From the sequence record MH494197.1: a stretch of DNA of 64,000 bases. One strand, written 5' to 3'. Positions 55,917 through 64,000 of the stretch are shown in pieces; position 1 is the stretch's first letter; every line of letters starts with the position of its first letter. Made by a program: the position numbers and the translations under genes. The notes below the pieces were generated by a model, which was given only the letters and a program-made list of their open reading frames with translations, searched no databases and had not been told where the DNA came from.

Positions 55917-57581
55917 GTGTTGTTAGTACTGCAAGTTATTAGATAACCGGCGGCGTTTACTGTATACTGTTACACGATTACCCTTACGGTCGTGTCGGAT
56001 CTCTTTCTGGTTGCGAATCAGTTCACTTGGACGCTTAAGGTTTGCCGTGATCCGCGTGAGTCCATGCATTGGCATTTACCTGTACTTTGATATCAGAACC
56101 AGCGATAAACTCATCTTGTGCGTCAGTATTGCCGCCAGCATATCCGCTCGTTTTAGTTCTGCTGCTGTTAGTACTGGCTCAGGTGAATTCACAATATCAG
56201 AGATCTTTGAACTGTACGGCCCAGCGTTGGCCTTTCGGTGCATCTTTGCCCATGTCTTTAAATGCTGCTCCTTCCTCGCGTGCAACAATACGGGCAGCTT
56301 CACGGGTAGCGTAGAATTTAGTAATCATGGTATACATCCTATTAGTTAAGTTAGTACTACAAGTTAGAGTCTATTATAAAGTACTATCTGGGCAATGTCA
56401 AATAGTACTTTAAATGGATTCTATTACATGTCTTTCTTACGTTTTACATCGTGGTAGCGAACTGTTATTTCTTTGTTGATCTCTTCCTCGATGCGGTGAA
56501 TAACTTTTTCTTTCGGGTTGAAACCTATAACGGTTTCTTTAATGATCTCAAGCCCGTGTATTCGCCTTGTGTACCGTAACCGTATGTAAAGGTTTCGTGT
56601 CCCGTGTCTTCCAGCGGTCGCCAATTAACGCAGACACGTAGCAAGAGTGGTAAGTATTGCCGTGTGAATCAGTCCACCGATTAACGTTAATGTCAAAGGA
56701 GGTTACAATTTTCAATTCTACTTTCTGGGCAAGGATCATAGCCATTTTATTTCTCTCTTTTAGTTAGGAGGAACCATTCCCTCACTTGATGTAAACTATT
56801 ATACAGTACTAAGATACTTTGTCAATACTTATTTTTGGAAAGTTTACGCATTAATTCTACGCTTTCTTGTGAACGTTTTGCTACCGGCAAGCTGCATGGG
56901 TAGTAAACATTTTGTATAGTCTGACGCTTTGCCACCGAACCGAGCGGCACGTTCACGGGCACTTGGAACTAATACTATTTCTTTCTTGCAGATAGTGCAC
57001 TTAGCCATTTTATTTCTCTCTCTTTGTTAGAGGGGAACCGTTTCCTCACTCGATGTAAACTATTATACAGTACTAAGATACTTTGTCAATACTTAATTAT
57101 TGTAAATGTCGTGAATAGTGATAAAGTTTTTACGACCGTAAACCTGCAAATCAATATCAATGTAGTGCTTATCTAGTACATCCTCGACGCTTAACGCGGT
57201 GTCGTGGATATCTTCGTAGAATTGAGTATCTACAATCTTGCTTAAGTCATCCGGCGTTAACTCATCGTTAAGCAGTTGAACCGCCGGATATCTGCTTCAC
57301 GTTTCCAGTCTTCCAGTTAGTAGTCAGTACTTGTTCGATTTCGTTAGCTGTCAGTAGAATCCGCATTTTTATGTTTCCTTATCAGTGGTTGATGTAAGTA
57401 TTATACTCGTTTACTTTCTATTGTCAAACTATTTTATCAGGGAGTTTTTCGTATGTCTTACTCGACTACTTAACGGGGTTACTTGTTTCGTTCCCCGTCC
57501 TGATGTAAAACATTATACTTGATTCTAAGTACAATGCAAGTACTTTTTAAAAATAGTTTTCAGTACTAGCCACCAGCAAAC

Positions 57582-57653
57582 AATAGATACATTTATGCAC
57601 CCTGTGGGCTGATTTGTTTCTATGCGTATATAATAGCAAAGGACTGAATCCCT
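57582..57653 (-). repeat. CCCAYAGGGTGC element, copy 3
   Basis: GGGATTCAGTCCTTTGCTATTATATA..CAGCCCACAGGGTGCATAAATGTATCTATT. Confidence 0.8.
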
Positions 57654-58959
57654 TATTCAATTATTTTTAAACTTCTTTCGGGTTGCGATAGGTGATAGCG
57701 TTCGGGTACATTTGTTTAATGTTATTCCATGCCCGGTTGACATTGTAACCACTTGATCGAATCAGTTGGTTACTACCGACACCTTGAAACACTACTTCGA
57801 ATAAGAATTCTTTCATGCTTTCACCTCGCGATCTGCTTTACCTTTACGCCGACATTACTAATTGTTCGCGTTGCCATAAGTCGAGTGATACAAAAGTTTT
57901 GCGGTATCACTTTTAGGATACTCGCCATTAGTACCTAACCGATAAAACAGATCTTTCAGTACTGATAATTCTACTTGGATCATTATACTTTCTCTTTGTT
58001 GGGAGGGAACTATTCTTCCGATATAAAACATTATACACTTTATTCAGTACAAGTACTTTTAATCTTTCAGCCAATGATCCTGAATGAATTTTTCACCGGA
58101 ACCTTGCTGCATTGATTGTAACAGACGTTCACGATGAGCGGCGGCGAATTGCTCAGTACTATGCGTTACACCGGTTGATATCTGGATTCACCATTGGGGC
58201 TGATGTATTGTACATCCCACGGTTTTTCGTTAGTATCAGACCATTTACGAACGATTAGTTGACCTTGCATTTTTCTTTCTCTTAGTGGGGAGAATCATTT
58301 CTCCCCTTCATGTAACTTATTATACAGTACTAGATTATCTTGTCAATAGTTTTATTCACCTTGTTTGAATTTAGTTTTCTCCATTGATTCCATGATTGCA
58401 ACCAATACGCCGTGGATCTCGCTTAACGCGGAATCACTAAAAGCATTAATGAATAGTCGATCATTCTCGCGAATATTTTTAATGTACTTTTCAGCAGTAG
58501 TTGCGAATTCATTCAACGGTAGATCAAATGCTTTATCCCATGATGGATGGCGTAATTGTAACAGTACTGGATTATCACGATCACGGGAAAACGTACCAGT
58601 GATGAAACATACGCCCGAATACTTTCGAACTGGCAACGGACTTCCTTTGTGATAGTAGTATGAATGTACATTTATTGTTATCCTCTATTAAATTAATATT
58701 ACAGTTTATGAATCAATTCTTTATCTAAGCGATAGCGTACATTATTAATAGTAACGGCATTGTTTTAATGCTACGCTGTACAGGTCCACCAGCAATAACA
58801 AATGTTGCTTTATTACCCCGAACAATGATAGCACTTCCGTGATTACCGAAATCATCTTGTACTAAAATACTTGATAAGTTTTCCATTTTATTTCTCTTAG
58901 TAGGGAAGATGTTTCCTTGATGTAAGTACTATAACAGTACTGAAAACTAATTGCAAGTA

Positions 58960-59313
58960 CTATGATAAAATCATGATAGGATATTCACTATCGATCAGTA
59001 CCTCGAATCCGAACCCTTCGTACCATTCTTTAAGATTAAAGGCGTTATCTTCTCCGTATCGCATTCTAAGATGATACAATCTGAATCATCAGCGGCATCG
59101 ATAAAGGCATTCATTAATTCGTTACCTTCACCATTGCCCCGACTATCAGGATCAACATAAAGAGAATCAATGAAAGCAACACGGTCATAATCAAGATCCG
59201 GTGCAATGATTCCACGTTTAACAAACCAGTACTGCAATTGTGCTACTTTGCTGTACCTGATAACCAGTGATCTCGCCATTGTCAGTAGTACGCGTGATAT
59301 GTTGTATTCCCAT
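58960..59313 (-). CDS. GNAT-family acetyltransferase (frameshifted in the assembly)
   Basis: FIDSLYVDPDSRGNGEGNELM (acetyl-CoA-binding motif A) and, in the next frame, LKEWYEGFGF (motif B); own promoter at 59343. Confidence 0.8.
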
Positions 59314-59877
59314 GATTTCTATCCTCAGTTAAGATATAAAACATTATACACTATCTTTCAGTACTGTCAATTACTTTTATCTCATAGATCTATGCCAACA
59401 ATTACGCGGATCTCTTTAAAAGTACTATCATGATCCTCCGGCAAGTAATACAATACATGCACCTATAACGGCCCGGCGTCGATTCTCAGGGATTTTACCG
59501 CCGCAGTCGAGGCAATGTACAGTGATTCTCTTTGTGCGTTAATTTGCTTTCTAGCGTGGTTAACGGCGGCCTGAATCACTGCGTTAATCTCGTCTTGTTC
59601 GGCCCCGTCTTTCGCGAATCCTACAGCCATTATTTTAACCTCATTATAAAAATACTATAGTACTGTAATGCTACAATAATACTACTAGTGCTAATCTTAT
59701 TCAAACCACATGATACTACATATCCACCAGCATTACCACGGATAGTAACGCCTTTGTACTGTCTATATAAATTCAACTGCGTATATTGCCTTTGATCAAG
59801 AATTGATCAGAATTATACGCCTTATGCTAAATTGATCCAGTACTTTTGATCATTTATTGATCGATGTTATATAGTTA

Positions 59878-59912
59878 CATTTGTGCACCCTATGGGTTAG
59901 TGACGTTCTCGT
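59878..59912 (-). repeat. CCCAYAGGGTGC element, partial copy 4
   Basis: CACTAACCCATAGGGTGCACAAATGTA downstream of the cassette promoter at 59925. Confidence 0.7.
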
Positions 59913-60224
59913 CTTGATGTAAGTATTATGCCAGTACTGGAGGATATTGTCAATAGATTATTTTAATTTTTTCTATCATTAATTAATGCTTTCAGTACTA
60001 TACTAATAACTTGCAATGATTCATCAATGACAATGAAATTATTCTCTTTCATTAGATGATAGTTACCATTGATTGTATATTCTAACGAGTACTGTTTACG
60101 TTTAATTTTTGATAATGTTTCTATTTGTTTTTGTACTGATTTCATGCTAATCATTGTCAAACGTCCTGTAACGCATTCTAACGAGATAAACGGTTGAGTA
60201 CTGGCATTGTATAGGGTAATGATT

Positions 60225-60252
60225 AAAGCCCACCAGCGTTAACCAGTGGGCT
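60225..60252 (-). terminator. probable terminator
   Basis: AGCCCACTGG-TTAACG-CTGGTGGGCT followed by TTAAT. Confidence 0.55.
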
Positions 60253-62066
60253 ATAATCTTACATCTTGCGGATAATCTTAACAGTATCTTTCACCGATTT
60301 ACCGTTTTGCTGACATTGCTCGATCATCGCGTATTGTTCTGCGGTCAGATCCTCGCCAGTTTTTGCCAGTACTGCGTCGATGAATGAATCCAGTGCGATC
60401 ATTTTGTTTCTCTCTTAGGTTAAGTTAACTACTGTTTATAAAACTTATTATACAGTACTATCAAACTATGTCAATAGTACTGGTAATATATTTTAGCGGT
60501 AGTCGTCGTATGCTTTATTCACGGCGAATATAACTTTCAAAGGCTTCGTCTACCGTTTCATACTCCCGAACATAATCACCATATGAAACTACATACATAC
60601 CTTTTGATCTTCAAACGTCATGATGATAGAATCCAGACCAACGATTTCAGTTTTTGCGATGATAGCCATTTTTAATTCCTTAGTAGTGTAGTTGATAAAA
60701 GTTATTATGTCAGTACTATCAAACTATGTCAATAGTACTGTGATAATATTTTAGTTAATGATAGTCAGTGTAAAATTGTAATCCCCTGCCCGTATAGTAC
60801 TTTATCGCCGAACGTTCCAACACGTTTCATATTGCAATAGATACCCATAACACTTTTACATCTTTGATATTCCGAACGCCAGTAATATCCTTGTTTAAAT
60901 GATCGTGATCAGAAAATAAAACTTGTTTTGCATTTTTCAGTACAGTGCAGATATTAGCCATTTTGTTTTCTCTTCTGTTAGTGGGGAGAAGTTTTTCTCC
61001 CTTGATGTAAACTATTATACAGTACTATAATCTATTGTCAAACTATTTTTTATATTATTCGAAATCTTCTGGACCGGACTGATAATCATCTTCACCGTAT
61101 GCACTTTCTAACCGCTCGCCAGTGCAATCATCAGTTAGTGAGTCATCCTCATAGTTCACGTCTACGCCAGTGATGTAAAACTGGCTATCGTCTGGATCAT
61201 TGAAATTAATTTTCTGGATGTTTACAATAACTGTATTGATGCCGTGACACCGCCATCAGCCGTTACAAAGTACTGATATTTTTCACAACCGCCTGAATTG
61301 AAACCGTAATTAATTTCGGCCCGACCATCACTTAAACGCAGTGTCTGAGCGATGATTTCATTTTCAAAGTTAGATTGAGCAATTGCAATAGTCATGATTT
61401 GTTTCTTATTATCAGGGAAACCGTTTCCCTTTCGATGTAAAACATTATACGCTTATCAGGAAGTAATGCAAGTACTATTTCACGTTAATTTCAAAGTACT
61501 GCTCTTTGATGTTTTCCTGTTGGTAAATCTCGTTTAATGCTTTAAGATCTAAAACCTGTTTACCTGCTGCCTGAATATACTTTTAAGAGTCGCTAACAGC
61601 TTCTCAGGCGTGTTTGTAGTCTTACGTGTTGGGATCTTATCGTGCCCCATAGCGTAGTACTGCTTACGTGCTATAGTACTGATAACACTGCGGTACGGTT
61701 CCATGATCAGCTTGTCTGTATTCGTCGCTATCCCCAAACTTCATACCGTGGATCGCAAAGGTCATCATCATGCGGTCGTTATCGCGGATATTGTGGGGCA
61801 GTCGGCAAGCTCGCGAGTCAGTGACATAGTGATCCCCACGTCGCCACCCAGCGGTAAAGGTCGGGCGATAAAGAAACCGTTAGGGAATACTTTCAGGAAG
61901 TTTTCTTGAACTGCTGCGACGAATTCGATGCTATTCATAATTCATTTCCTTAATTAGTGGGGAAGTTGTTTCCTCTTGATGTAAAACATTATACGCCTAT
62001 TGAGATAGTTTGCAAGTACTTTCTACAAATACTTTTAAAATAGTTTTCAGTACTCAATACTCATAT

Positions 62067-62156
62067 AATAGATACACTTATGCACCCTGTGGGCTAGTGA
62101 GCTATCTCTCAATGAATATATAATAGCAAAATGGCTGACCGAGTCAACCACTTTTT
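62067..62156 (-). repeat. CCCAYAGGGTGC element, copy 5
   Basis: GGTTGACTCGGTCAGCC..TGCTATTATATA..CTAGCCCACAGGGTGCATAAGTGTATCTATT. Confidence 0.85.
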
Positions 62157-63652
62157 CATTTATTTTAGCTTTTAGAATCGCCGCCTTTCGCGTCATGCCT
62201 TGCTTGATGTATTCTGTACTTTCGCTTTACGTGCATTCGCTTTATTTGCTTTCGTAAACGCCGAACAACTTTTATAGTTTAAACCTGTTGGATTCATTTA
62301 AATCACCATAAAGAATAGATAGGTTACTAACAACGCCGCGATCAATGCACCGACCGAACTGTAATAAGCTAATGATCTCATTTTTAGCCTGAAAATAATG
62401 TTTAATTTGAGCGGCGGTCAGTGCACAATTACGCAGGAAGTTTTCTGTATAACTTTTGCGAGTACTGAAAGAGAATTGACCTTTGCTGCTGCCGATAGTA
62501 ACATCAAACCGAGCGTTGTATTGTTTCATTTTGTTTCTCCTGTTATTGGGGAGAATCATTTCTCCCTTCATGTAAAACATTATACAGTACTAAAACTAAT
62601 TGCAAGTACTATTTTTAGATTTACGCAAACTTTCTACCATCTCAGGAGTAAGGTCTGCGGGTAGGAAACTACTTCATCAACGAAACGTAAAGGAATACCC
62701 CAGCGAAAGGTGAACGTGCTTTCTTAGTATTACTCTTTTTGATGCTTTCATTTCATATTCTTAATTAGTGGGGAGAATCATTTCTCCCTTCATGTAAAAC
62801 ATTATACGCGTTTAAAACTAATTGCAAGTACTATTTGAAAGTAAATGCTCATACGCTACATTAACTACGTTTTCAATAACCGACTGTACAGAAAGATCCC
62901 CACTTCCGGCTATAGTAGAAATCGCTTACAGTAGTGTCATCGTATGCAAATACTTTACCGTGACTGCATCAATCACATACATATTAACCTTTAAGATGTC
63001 GATCTTATCCTGTACAGTAAGCATATTAATTAACCTTTTAAGTACTGACTTAAGTAATCTTGTTGATCTTCGGTGATTGCAGCCATCTTCCCTAGTACTG
63101 GATTAATGATATAATCCCTGTAACGTCCTGTAACGCATTCTCAGGCGGTTTAACGGCTGGGGTAGCCATAGCCATTGCCGACTTGTTCGACGCTGTAACG
63201 CTCATAAAGGCGGCATTCTTCCGGTGTTAACATAGCATCAATGCGTTTCATTGGTTTAATGATGCTTTCGATCTCATTCAGTACTTGATTAACGTTCATG
63301 GTATAATCCCAATATAAGCGGCCTAAATCGACCGCTAACGATGTTTTGATTAATAGGTGTATGGTTGACGTTCAAACAATGATTGCACGTTGTACGCCCC
63401 GCTTATGGGCTTTGCTGGTAAATCAATTTTATATTGTTCACGCTTAAAGATAATAAAACGGCAATTGTTTTAACATCAAAATTGATTGAACGTTCCGAGT
63501 TTACCATCGTGCACAAATACAAGATAACCGCTCGCTACTTGTTTTGTAGTACTGGTTGCAACCATAGACCGCCGAACATGTGTACCTGCGTCGATTAAAG
63601 TACTGATATTTTTCATTTTACTATCCTCTTAAGTTGATTTAATTTCTTTCCC

Positions 63653-63690
63653 TATGCAGACACTGTACCAAAGTATCTGCATAAAGTAAA
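63653..63690 (-). promoter_or_regulatory. promoter TTTACT-N17-TACAGT overlapped by an operator-like inverted repeat
   Basis: TATGCAGA(C)ACT-GTACCAA-AGT(A)TCTGCATA spans the spacer, -10 and +1. Confidence 0.5.
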
Positions 63691-64000
63691 GCTAATTAAA
63701 GATCTTTTTACGTTTTACATCCTGTACAGTACAATGCAACGGGATAGACAAATCATTGCACAAACGATAGAGGGAGGTTTCATCAGTATTAAGCCCGTCT
63801 ACTGATTCCTTTAAGAGAGATAACGCCGTTTGTTGGTATGCATCTTCATAGCCATAAGTAAATGATTCAACCGCCAGATCATTCAAGCCGTTATCCAGTT
63901 CGACGCTTACATGACAAGAATGATGTATTGCCATATGAATCAGACCAACGTTTACCGTCAACATTGATTGCACGGATTGCAGCCGAAACGGTGTTAATGA

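Larger units (their letters stand above)
51095..63690 (-). promoter_or_regulatory. array of ~30 sigma70 early promoters, many in a repeated promoter/5'-hairpin/RBS cassette
   Basis: -10 hexamers start (plus-strand coordinate) at 51133, 51554, 51988, 52309, 52622, 52950, 53494, 53983, 54281, 55326, 55601, 56373, 56798, 57062, 57400, 57512, 58030, 58319, 58928, 59343, 59925, 60447, 60704, 61014, 61444, 61988, 62579 and 62801. -35 is TTGACA or TTGCA(T/A); in many copies followed by (G/A)GTTTACAT(C/A), a GGGAGAA-N3-5-TTCTCCC hairpin and an AAGGA/AAGAGA RBS. Confidence 0.88.

Noticed and set aside
51095-62830. CRISPR array
   Set aside because: Repeats are promoter/leader sequences separated by 200-600-bp genes, not 30-40-nt spacers; no cas genes are present.
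781-63076. All plus-strand ORFs in the track
   Set aside because: They overlap better-supported minus-strand genes or promoter cassettes and lack recognisable motifs; treated as shadow ORFs.
680-64000. Pervasive frameshifts as programmed frameshifting or mass pseudogenisation
   Set aside because: Those I could reconstruct (pseT, dam, the NTase, GNAT, GHD..GFWD and family A motifs) are mostly restored by adding one base to a homopolymer run. This is the signature of long-read or 454 assembly error; polishing with short reads would settle it.

Overview
This 64-kb window is a segment of an AT-rich lytic dsDNA phage genome. Its gene content and layout resemble the ~350-kb enterobacterial jumbo myophages of the RaK2/GAP32/PBECO4/121Q type; that assignment is inference, as no search was run. 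All credible genes are on the minus strand. The assembly has many apparent single-base homopolymer deletions, so the ORF track splits or fuses real genes. Recognisable genes are few: T4-like polynucleotide kinase/phosphatase (pseT), RNA ligase 1 (rnlA), a phage Dam-family m6A methyltransferase coupled to a HIGH-motif nucleotidyltransferase, an ART-PolyVal-like protein and a GNAT acetyltransferase. Four unexplained patterns dominate the rest. (1) The palindrome AGTACT (often CAGTACTG) is iterated throughout, in coding sequence and in nearly every early promoter. (2) At least 44 otherwise dissimilar ORFs between 3.8 and 44.2 kb share a short acidic 'EExxFQxS(L/T)' motif (family A). (3) About 30 paralogous ~65-aa 'LGT(N/D)YQE' genes (family B) form a tandem array at 42-50.2 kb. 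(4) From 51 to 64 kb about 30 small genes each have their own sigma70 promoter, many in a conserved promoter/5'-hairpin/RBS cassette. This block also holds a 5-copy non-coding CCCAYAGGGTGC element and is separated from the rest by an inverted-repeat junction at ~50.3 kb.
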